Below are positions 12,601 to 23,000 of a stretch of 64,000 nucleotides of DNA, in pieces; the first letter of the stretch is position 1; every line of letters starts with the position of its first letter. A program made the position numbers and the translations under genes. The notes beneath the pieces are model-generated. The model did no database searches and had not been told where the DNA came from. It worked only from the letters and a program-made list of their open reading frames with translations. Source of the stretch: Pavona decussata. Its lineage: Eukaryota. The stretch is taken from positions 310,001 through 374,000 of the forward strand of contig CDRNST010000085.1 in NCBI GenBank assembly GCA_977016875.1, read 5' to 3'.

Positions 12601-13009
12601 CAATGGGCTCAATGGGCCAAACGTTAAACAAACTTTAGGAAAAGGACCTTCCTTTTTACTGGCGCAGAAATTTTTAGTAAACTCCCTTTAAACATTGTGA
12701 ACAGTGAAAACATTCAAACGTTCTGCCGCCGAGCAAGACATTTCTTTTTATCTTAAATTTGATATTTTATTACTATTTTAGGCTTTGAATGTGATTTTGC
12801 ATTGTATTTTCAGGCTTTGTATTGTAGTTCTAATATCCTAGTAATATATTTTTATTAGGCATTTTAAATGAAACAATTCATGAAAATTCTTGATGTAAAT
12901 TATTTTTGAAGATGCAGGGCCTCTGTGGAGACCAGCCTTAGAGCTGAATGGGCTACCCTGTGTAAATAAGGTTTTACTTACTTAATGAGTTTTTGAAGTA
13001 TCTAAATTA

Positions 13010-13810
13010 TGATGATCCAGCTGAGTGTATTACTGAGAAGGACAGAAGTTTCGACAACCTGAGCTGAAGTTATCAACAGAGTCAAGTAAATTATGGTCTT
13101 CAGTAAATGGTATAAACGTCTCCTGTTATTGACAAAGCCACGAGGTTATGTTACGCCATGATTTTATTGATTAGTCGTGAAGACATTCTTAAAAAATTGA
13201 TTGGTGCGTTTCGATCCTAATTTTGTTGGTGAAATGTCCGTTGGTCTATTATTGATCAGTTTGTCTATTGTTTGTCTGATTGTATGATCAAAAATTATTC
13301 CACGAACGCGCGTTCATCATCTCACATCCAACAAGTGTAAGTGGAATAATTGTTTTATTAAAAACAACCAAGAAATATTGCTAGATCTCACTGATTTCGC
13401 TGTGCAAGAATAACCAGAAAACAATTTAATGGTCGCCATTTCTCTGCCGTGGTGTAATGGCTCATATACCATGGCCGCTAAGCGAATCAAATCCCTTGAA
13501 TTGCATTATGCAATTATTCAGTGTTTAATAATAGATCATATCTGCTCGATAAGACAGTAAGCAAAGAAACGGCGTTCAACTCACCAAGATAAACATCAAA
13601 ACGGCAATTTAATGACATGATTTTAGTCCTGAGAAGGACTATGAGGTGACACTGACTGAAGTTTCGGCAACTTGGGCTGAAGTTATCATCAGAGTCAAGT
13701 AAATTATGGATCATAATAAATTATGGTATAATCGCCTCTGGTTATTGACCTGATTGGTCAACAGAACCACGATGTTATGTTACGCCATGATTTTTTTAGT
13801 CTTGAAGACT
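13010..13810 (-). mobile_element. Penelope-like/retrozyme-like tandem repeat with two hammerhead-ribozyme-like motifs, split by a ~240-bp insertion (~13291-13531)
   Basis: Direct repeats ~13034-13185 and ~13630-13809. The - strand reads CTGTTGA..gtcGAAAC (copy 1) and ugacu-CUGAUGA-uaacuucagcccaaguugcc-GAAAC-UUC-aguca (copy 2). Confidence 0.65.
13653..13697 (-). ncRNA. Minimal type I hammerhead ribozyme-like motif (variant or decayed)
   Basis: CUGAUGA core (plus-strand TCATCAG 13686-13692) and GAAA core (13662-13665). Stem I ugacu/aguca flanks a UUC site. Stem II is imperfect and stem III is essentially absent. Confidence 0.5.
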
Positions 13811-13849
13811 GTTAAAACCATTTCCTCTATGATATATTTCAGTCTACCT

Positions 13850-14516
13850 CAGCACTTTTCATAGCCTGTTTGTTTGATAGACACTATGCCCCTTCCACGT
13901 TTAACGCCTTTGTTTCTGCGTTTGGGTACTCACATTAGCTTGCGGGTTTTCCTGACCCAGGGAAAATTTTCTATATTTCGCAGACATTGAAAGGACATTA
14001 CAAGATTGGCCATCATTTGGATTGCAGACTGCTAATCACTCTTCATATATTCCACAGATTACTGGATTCTGCCTCTCGAATTTCTGGCTCACAATCTGAG
14101 ATTTCTTTATACCGAGCAATGTGATCAAAATTATTTTTTTTTTTTTTTTTTTTTTGCATTTTGACGAGTTGGTGAAATCATTAAAACGTAGGCTCCTGCC
14201 TCCAATTGGCAAATTCATCAACTTACTAAACTTTCAAACACAGCTAAGGAAGTTGTTGGCTTAAATATCACATTTCAGGGCTTTAACCATTGCCTATTTT
14301 CTTTAGTAGTCAACCGTCAGGACAAACACTGCCCAGTTCAGTTATTATATTGATTACCTTGCTTTGCGAGGCAATGTTGGAGGTGCTCTTTTTCTCACAA
14401 TTCAAGGGACTCCTGTAGCTAAGGTTTTGTTTGCGGACCTACTTTGCCAAGCAATTAAATATTATGGGCTTGACCCCTCTCGATACAACGGAGATAGTTT
14501 CCGTTACGGGGCTGCC
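13850..14516 (+). pseudogene. Decayed tyrosine recombinase of a DIRS-type retrotransposon
   Basis: Hand translation gives ALFIACLFDRHYAPSTFNAFVSAFGYSH*LAGFPDPGKIFYISQTLKG...DCRLLITL and HCPVQ...DYLALRGNVGGALF...GLDPSRYNGDSFRYGAA. The last is a degenerate HSFRxGAA box. Stops, frameshifts and a poly-T run interrupt it. Confidence 0.8.
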
Positions 14517-16789
14517 TTCAGAGGCGTTTTAAATTGTTTTTAAGGGCTCATTTTAAGATAATGCTAAAGAGTCAATCAGAAACTGAGGAACAAAAATCTT
14601 TTGGAAGAATCGTCATTGATTAGAAATTTAACATAAAAGAAATTTAACGTTAACCCAGGATAAGCTGAATACGGCTTCGAATAACTGGGCCCTGATCACC
14701 TTGGTTGAGGCTGTCTAGTAGAGGAAGAAGTCTCATTTATCATTTCAGAATTAGCTATAGTTCAGTGACTGAGGATACCTGGCAAGCGTAGCAGTTTTAT
14801 TCATCGTACCACAAGTATGTTGGTTCAGTGTTTTTCTTTTTTTCTTTTGTCTGGTGTATACTTTATTCATGAATTTTTGATGATCGGGACTGTACAACAA
14901 GGGGGGCAGTTGCGCTCACCTTAGTATATCCATCTGTTAAATTTAGCTGGCCAATTCAGGGCAGCAGTCTCGATTCCGTCTTCAATAGCACATGTATGAG
15001 CTGTTATCAAGTTATGTTGATGCTTAAGGCTGTCTAGCAAGGGCAGCAGCCCTAGGGACCGTTCATTTTTTATGAGCATGGGGGGGGGGGGCTGGTGGGA
15101 TTTGGTTAATTGCCACTACGAAACTGTATGACCCCCCCCCCCCCCCCACAGCATGCAATTTTTTTCCACATGGCCCCCCCCCCCAAGCAGAAACAATTTT
15201 TTTTCTGATGACCCCCCCCCCCCACCCCTCCCGCCCAACCAGAAACAAATCATACTCCTAACTTTAGCAAAACGCTATTGTTACTGTGATTTCTTTACAG
15301 TACTATTAAAAAGTTACCGTGCTCTGCTTAGGTAAAGATTTCTCGTTTAAAAAAGAAACGTTTTATAGATAGCAACACGTTTACGGCAACGGCAAACCCT
15401 AAATTTCCATTTAGATTCTTAAAGGAACTAATTAAATCAAGGAAATTAATCAAGCAAATGTTTAAAGTGAAATTACTCCCCTTCGAGTAGAAACATATAA
15501 TACACATACAGATCTGACTAACAAAATATGGATAGAAGCATACCAATCAACGATTACGAGTCATATTAAACAGAAAAAAAACAGCGGACGCGCATATATC
15601 AGGCGCGTAGGTAAGGGTTAGATAGGGGTGTTTGTTGAGCGCCGGAGGCGCTCTTACAAGGGGGGTCCGGGGGCATGCTTCCCCGGAAATTTTTGAAAAT
15701 CTAGGTTCCAAGTCGTTACTATTTAACTATTGTCTAGAGTGTCTAGTAAAGGTACAAGTCTTACTCATCCGCCTCTGCAAAAGTCTGTTTGCAAGTCGTT
15801 CAATTTGGCCTTATTGTTGATAACATTATCCCATGGCTTTATTTTGCATAAGGTGCTGCATTTCCTTTGGGTGAGAGAGCATATGTTAATATTCACGATG
15901 CTTTTGGCGTTTTTGTTGTCCTCACCTTAACTGAGCAAAATCATTATTTGCAAATTTAGGATATATTAAGTTCTTTTTGCAGAATTTGTAATGATGTGGC
16001 TATGGGCCTTTGCTCATAGCCACACATTATTTTAATTTGCATCAACAATCAGAGTGGCTGTAAGCCTTTTTGCTCATACCCATTTGAGAACAGTTCATTG
16101 TTTGTTTGTTTCTTTACCCTATTGCCAAGGAAACAGAGCGTGTGATATGCAGCACTCATCTTAGTATTTTATTTCAGACAGGAGAGGGGGGTGGGGGGAT
16201 TTTTACAGGGAAACCTACGGAGTTTTATTGCCAGATTGCTCGCTCTTATAATGCTAAAAACCTTTTATAAACGAACCACAGAATCGACTGATACTCTGCC
16301 AAGTGTGTTAGGGATAACTATCAACCAACCACTCTGGAAAGCTGCTTTACTAACTTAGAGCAAATGCCACTGAGCCGCTGCCAAAGACCACCTGCAACTA
16401 CGAGAGACTATTTGATAACATCCACAAAAAAACAATAGACAAGCCGACCTATTTTACCGACAATAGACCAAAGACATTTGACTAACTGAAGGTGGATCGA
16501 AACACCAATCAATTTTCACGGTCTTTATAGCCAATAACATCATCCGCAAAAATTAAGAAAGCTGTTGTTAGAGCGATTTGCTTCGGATGGCCAAGATGGA
16601 AGTGGCTACAAACTTGAAAACTGAAAATAACTTATCGTCTCTGATTCGTTCTTGAAAATTCATTTTATTTCACCACATTGGTGATCTGGAAACAATTCAC
16701 CAGTGAGTAATTTAACTATTTATTTAGCATATTTTCACCATATGATGGGATAATTCCCTTGATAGTGCCTCTTTAAATAATTGAACGAG

Positions 16790-17335
16790 TAGGACAACCT
16801 GAACCAAGTGAGCCACCTAAAGAAACAAAATCAACTGAACCCGATGACAGAATTGAACTAGGTGACCAAGCTGATCGATCCAACAGAATTACTGAACCTC
16901 CAGTCAAATGAACCACCTAAATCAACAGCCAATTCCCCCAACCACCTAATGACTTGTACAGCCTGGACCAGCTGATCTATCTCACCCACAAAATCCACCT
17001 GAACCGACTTGGGACCAACCGAACCAACTGCACCTCCATCTGAACCAGTGTCACTCACCTGTGCTTTAACTAAATCATCTCACTCAAGAACACGAACAAA
17101 CCTGAACCAACTGAACAAGGTGATCCACCTGCATCAACGGAACCATCTCAGCCAACTGAACTATCTAAAACAACTGAACAAGCTGATCAACCCTACCAGA
17201 TGTTGGCTCCCAGGAGAAAATATCTACGCGAGCCTAATCAGGTCCTGTTGGGCCAAGAGGCAAAACGTCAATATAGACGTGTTAAAACTAGGTTTATGCA
17301 GTCTATTTGCATTTCAAAGCGAGAACAATGCCACT
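16790..17335 (+). pseudogene. Decayed Pro/Glu/Thr-rich low-complexity coding remnant of unknown origin
   Basis: Frameshifted segments EPSEPPKETKSTEP, PTEPTAPPSEP and PEPTEQGDPPASTEPSQPTELSKTTEQ. Truncated by the transposon at 17339. Confidence 0.35.
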
Positions 17336-17338
17336 TTA

Positions 17339-17939
17339 AGCCGCGGCCACACGAGCGATTTTTTGCTCGCGCAGGTGATGCGATTTTTTCAAATTTTGTC
17401 GCGTCGCCAGCGCGAGAGGGTGGCTACACGAGTGACAAATTCTGGCGAGTTGAAAGCCGCGTGAATTGCATACTTCAAGAGACCTGGCGCTATAAACAGA
17501 CATGGCGGATGGCCCTTTCGGACGAAGATATTGTTTTATCGCCTATTTGCATTCTTCTTCTTGACGATAAAAAGGCAAACGAAGGAAGAAGAAAATTAAG
17601 AAAAGGTCAACGTGGGTCCGTCCGAGTCTCGCAAAGAGAAAGGAACAAGGACTTACCATCAACTTCTGACGGAAATTTCAGTCGTTGATATCCCGGCGTT
17701 TCCCGAGCTATTGCGGATGACGAGGGTTAGTTGCAGGGTGGCTACACGGGCGCTGTCCCTACGATTTTGTCGCGAAAATTTCAATTCTGGCGACTTTTTT
17801 CTTGCGATTTTTTCACCTGTCGCGTCGCAAGTTCGAGGGTGGCTACACGTGCGATTTTCATCTCGCGCTGGCGACGCGACAAAATTTGAAAAAATCGCAT
17901 CACCTGCGCGAGCAAAAAATCGCTCGTGTGGCCGCGGCT
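17339..17939 (+). mobile_element. Internally deleted PIF/Harbinger element with ~80-bp TIRs, TTA TSD and a transposase 5' remnant
   Basis: TIR AGCCGCGGCCACACGAGCGATTTTTTGCTCGCGCAGGTGATGCG... is near-perfect at both ends. TTA at 17336-17338 and 17940-17942. Internal frameshifted peptide ..STWVRPSLAKRKEQG/TYHQLLTEISVVDIPAFPELLRM matches the Harbinger nuclease N-terminal pattern (WVR..G.Y..L..E....D...F...LRM). Confidence 0.88.
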
Positions 17940-17943
17940 TTAA

Positions 17944-18533
17944 AGTGCCTATGAAGCGAAAATTGTCCTTAGGTGGTTATAAAATTTACCTTTTCAAACA
18001 TGCGATTTCAAAGTTTGAGATTGCTGGGGTAAAAATTGCCGATTGTGTGAGCGCTCAAAGTTAGGCTATTTTGCCCTCAAAAATGGTATTCGAATTGCGC
18101 GGCCAAAATGCCAGGTGACAATAACCGCTGACGTCACATTGGTGCCAAGAATTGCAATTCAACATGGCGGAAGAGAAGAAAGATAAGCGACAGCGAGACG
18201 GATATTGCGTGGCTGGCGTCCGTAACAAAGAGAGTTGCCAGAATCGATCGTTCACAGACTCGCTAGCCATGTTTTACTCTTTCTACAATCTTTTTTGGGC
18301 GCCAAGAACAGAATGAGAGTAAACAAACTTTTGGCACCAAAGTGACGTCACAACTTGGAATTCAACATAAAACTCGACCCAGTCCTCTGACCATTTTTGA
18401 GAGCAAAATAGCCCAACTTTTAGCGTTCGTAAAATCCGCAATTTTTACCCCAGCGCTCTAAAACGTCGGAATCATATATTTCAAAGTGCAAATTTCATAA
18501 CTACACAAAAACAATTTTGGCTTCCTAGGCACT
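17944..18533. mobile_element. Internally deleted Kolobok-like element (TTAA TSD) retaining a THAP-like ORF start
   Basis: TIRs AGTGCCTATGAAGCGAAAATTG / CAATTTTGGCTTCCTAGGCACT. TTAA at 17940-17943 and 18534-18537. ATG at 18164 gives MAEEKKDKRQRDGYCVAGVRNKESCQN (THAP-like C..C start). A convergent ATG (MASES) lies on the - strand at 18270. Confidence 0.8.
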
Positions 18534-18776
18534 TTAAGAGGATTTATACACTGACTGGAAAACGAAAAAATAATCTCGCAGGTCAAGGCAAAGACTGACC
18601 ATGGAGTACTCTCTCATTTCCATCTCCAAATTTTTCCTTAAAGGCCATTTTGTTTTTCTGCATACCTGGAGCAGATAAGATTGCATGGTGTTTGTTGAAC
18701 CGATTTTCTTTTACAAAACTGGCAGCAAAACAGAACAACCAACGACTACAAGGAACGTGATTGGTTGATTGTCTTA

Positions 18777-19070
18777 AGGCCCGTTTAAAACGGTTTCAAC
18801 ATTTGGTTCAACAGGCGTTCAACACTAAGTTGAACCAAATGTTGGGGGCGTTTCAATAGGTCGTCCAACATTGTTGATCATGAAAGCGTATTTAATCAAA
18901 TTCAAATCGGTTTAAACTTTCATTCAACATCCATACAACACTTCCTTTGTTCTCGAAAATGTTGAATGGTGATGAAGCCGTTTGAACACTCCCTTCAACA
19001 TTTGCCCAACATCCGTTCAACTTTTGTTGAACGAATGCTGGTCAAATGTTGAAACCGTTTAAACGGGCCT
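18777..19070. mobile_element. Harbinger-like MITE with TTA TSD
   Basis: TIRs AGGCCCGTTTAAA(A)CGGTTTCAACATTTG at both ends. TTA at 18774-18776 and 19071-19073. Internal TTCAACA/GTTGAA subrepeats. Confidence 0.85.
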
Positions 19071-19542
19071 TTAGGAAGTCATTGAGCAGCAGCTAATGGA
19101 TTTGAAAGAGGCGCCAACAAAGGCAGGACATTTGTCATGGACGTGACGTCAATTGACCTAAAATGACATCGCAATCCATGTTTTTCAATTTCATAAAAAT
19201 TTGACCCAGAATTGTTTTGCATTTCAATGACAGAAAAAGTTTGATCTACTTTTCAAACACAGCTCCAGGCAATTGTTTAATGTACAATCACGTAACTGGA
19301 CTAAAAATACAGAAATTTAAAAGCCCAAAACATTCAATCTTCTGCGAATTGAATAGAACACAACATTTTGCAAATTATTCCATTCTTCAGCAGTCACTGT
19401 CACTCTAAATTTTGAAGTTCATGGATTGAATTCTGAAGTGTGACCATCCAAATAGAAAGCTCCTGAATGGTGCTTTTCCGTTGTGCTATCTATTGAGCCG
19501 TACAATGCTGTTCCAATGAGTTGGTAAAGGAAAAGCCCATAT

Positions 19543-19770
19543 GGAGGCGGTGCGGCCTAGTAGTTAGTGCGCCGGAATTGTAATCCTCAGGTACTGGGTT
19601 CAAATCCCACTCCCACCCATTGGATTTATTTCACGTTAGCCCTGTTTGTAAATCCCAGGCCACGCTCTGTAAGTGTTCTGTTTACGTGTTTGGTTCAGTC
19701 ATTCCCAGTGTCCACAATTAGCACTACGGTGCTGAATACTTGGACACTTAAATAAAGTTATTACTATATA
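19543..19770 (+). mobile_element. tRNA-derived SINE
   Basis: Head ggaggcggtgcggcctagtagttagtgcgccggaattgtaatcc..gggttcaaatccc carries Pol III A/B boxes but no complete cloverleaf. Tail gacacttaaataaagttatt. Confidence 0.75.
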
Positions 19771-20072
19771 ATTATTTAAGTGACTATGCACTGATATGTG
19801 CAAGTGAAGGTTATTGAGTCAGAATTTCCTGGGGTGTAGCTTTTATGCTTTGAAAGTCTTTCTATCTTTCAACTTTGTACATTATTGAAGTCATTGTCAT
19901 TGCCACTGCTATTCAAAATCGATGGTAATGCGACTGAGCAGTACGATCACTTGATAACATTACACTTTTTTTTACACTTTTTCTTTTTTTATAAAACAGA
20001 ATCTGAGATTTTTTACATTATTTGTTACTAGGACTTCACCGTGACGGAAAAAAAATTGTACTAAAGTTACAA

Positions 20073-23000
20073 CTAAAATGGACTTGAAAGTCTCGCTAAA
20101 TACACCGTGCCATCAACAACATACGGCTCGACGTCTGTTTCACTGGGATCAAGACGGGGTACAGGCCCACTCAACAGATCTTGGAACGCCTGAAAAGAAT
20201 ATATTAACTTCTTTATCATGTGACTGCAATGTAGGTTTTAATCAATAATGGTACACAGAGAGACAAACTCTACCAAAAGATAAGTATAAACGAGTGTATG
20301 TTACAGGGAAAAAATGATTAATAGTGCACCTTAAATTATGTCCCATTTGATTATTATTTCTTTCCCGTTAATTCTAAGTGGAATGCCTGTAAACTAGCAA
20401 TTATAACAACTTTAGATTCAGCCTTGAACTTTAGAGTTCGCATAAAATTCCAATCAGAAAACATACTGTATCTTTAAAATATAAAATACATTATGATGTA
20501 TCTGGATGGCTGGAACAAATATTCCACCTTCTTACGTTTGAGAAGTACAGGCATACCTTGCACGCTGGTTCTTCAAGTTTATTTCCCCAGATATAAACCG
20601 CGCGCAGTGAGCCATTACTTCTCATTGCTTTAGCCACTGCACACAAACCTTCACTGGCTATGTTGTTACTACAAATCACTAACCTGTAGAGAAAATGACA
20701 AGCAACATCTGGAAATCAATGGGAAAAAGTATTGTGACACGATTGATGAATGACCGACCGACCGACCGACCGACGGACTGACTGACTGACTGANNNNNNN
20801 NNNNNNNNNNNNNNNNNNNNNNNNNNNNNNNNNNNNNNNNNNNNNNNNNNNNNNNNNNNNNNNNNNNNNNNNNNNNNNNNNNNNNNNNNNNNNNNNNNNN
20901 NNNNNNNNNNNNNNNNNNNNNNGATCGACAGACCAACCGACCGACCGACCAATTCATTAACCGGATGGGTCGTACATGTGGAGAGATGGGTCGATTCACT
21001 GTCTGCCTTGGTGACTGGTTTACATGTAGGAAACCCTCTTAAGTTGCTGCCTGGTAGAATCGCAAAACATTTGTTTCACATCAACAATATAAAATGATGA
21101 CTATCAATCAACATGTCATTCTGTGTGGTGGTGAACCTAATTCTAGTCCTGAATTGCAATTAGAAGGCCACAATAAAATGTCAACCAAATTGGCATAAAA
21201 CAACACAGTAGCCAAACAGACTTGGCATATGAAACACCACCACCATAATGTTACATTAGATCGTGATCAAATACTCAAGGACTGATTCTTACGATCCTAG
21301 CAAAGATTTTCACAAGACGTCCCTTCAGAGAATCCTTTGAAGATGCTTTAAAGATGCTCATTTAATTCCTTGAAGGTTTTGAAGGATCCTTGCAAAGATC
21401 TTTGCTAGGATCGTTTCTCTTCATAGGATATTTATATAAAGAATATAAAGATATTTACAACATCCTCATCCATTCCTCAAGGATCTCAACCAGTAGTTTT
21501 ACAAGAATTCTCAATGGAGAAGAGATTCTTTAAGGGTCGTTGAAACATCCTTGTTTTTAATGACCTTTGGTGAGTCTGAAAACCTTGAAGGATCTCAAGG
21601 ATCCTGGAGGATTTTCTATATGATATTAAACTTCATGATTAAACGACTGAATTTCTAAGTTACCGATTGATTCTCTTGATCACTAACTAGCAAATTGACT
21701 AACGGAGGGACTGATTTAGATGTGCTACTTGTTGAGTTATTTAAACCTTGACTGAATGACAGACCAGGTTACTGATACAGTGAGTGTACCACAAGACTTC
21801 TGGGCTAGCGAGAAAATACTACCTAACTCACTGAATACCTTGCCAACAAACGATCACCACAACAAGATACTCACGAAGCAAGGTTGGTATTATAAGCAGC
21901 TAAAGCCTCAGCCAATGCAACAGCTCCGTCGTCCTCAATTCTGTTGTACGCTAAGTTCAATACTTCAAGAGGAGTATTCCTCTTCAACAGAATAGCCAGC
22001 TGTTTTGCTCCATCTCTTGTAATGTTGTTGCTGTGTTGAAGAAGGAAAAAACTTTTACTCCATCTGTCAGTCGCACATTTAAACTATGATGTTTAAGACT
22101 CAAACAATGGTTACATGTTTCTGACCTCAATCACGGCAGTGCATGAACATCTTGGAAAACAACATAAGCTGAAACAGTTGAGTTAAGCTTAAGAGGATGT
22201 GATTGTGCATCGCGACTACTGCACTTTCAGTTCGAACCACTTTGTCTGTTTTTGATCTGGCCCTAGTTGTTCAAAGAGCGGATAACTTTATCCAGCAGAT
22301 AAGTGGATAAATTGTATTAGTTGTGAGTACATTTTTCTCCGCTGAATAGCGATTTATCCACTGGATAGAGTTATCCGCTCTTTGAACAACTGGGACCTGG
22401 TTGATTACAGTATCAATTCGTCTTTTTATTTTATTGTTAGTGGCAAAAGGGCGACTGCTTTTGATTTTCAAATTCGTTGACTTTCAAGGTGAATTAACGC
22501 ACGAGTCCTGGGTGAGTGAGTATAAAGATCAAATGAAAACTATTTGTTACCTGTTTAAATCTAGGTGGGTAAGCATCAGGTTATCTACAAGATGCTCCTT
22601 CAATCTCGCTGCGCCAAAGTCTCGCATGTCATAGTGTGAAAGATGGATCTCACGCAGTCGTACGTTCACCTTTAACATTTTTGCCATGTGAACTGTAGTC
22701 TCCTCCTGAATAAGTACAAATAAAGTACATTAAATTTTGTATTCAGGTTGACATGACGGAGTGGCCGCGAGGGCAACTGCTGTTGATTATCTATTTAAAC
22801 ACGATTAAACGTTCAGCAAAAAGTTCAGCAAAGCAGATGTGGTCGTGTACAATCAATAAAATTAAACTTCCTAAACTAATCACAATAAACCTAATATAAC
22901 AATTTTACGTATTTACAATATATGCGGCTGAAAAGTACTCTTGGGTGATCTTTTAAAAGCGTCAATGCCGCAAATTGATCTCATAATTGACTTGTATGAA

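Noticed and set aside
17009-18064. Three overlapping 150-162 aa ORFs as a host gene
   Set aside because: They run through the TIRs of Harbinger/Kolobok derivatives; only a frameshifted transposase N-terminal remnant is real.
19543-19615. tRNA gene
   Set aside because: A/B boxes are present but the acceptor stem does not close, and it runs into a SINE body and tail shared with 9709-10356.
20679-20999. ORFs spanning the N run
   Set aside because: Artefacts of an assembly gap within a microsatellite.
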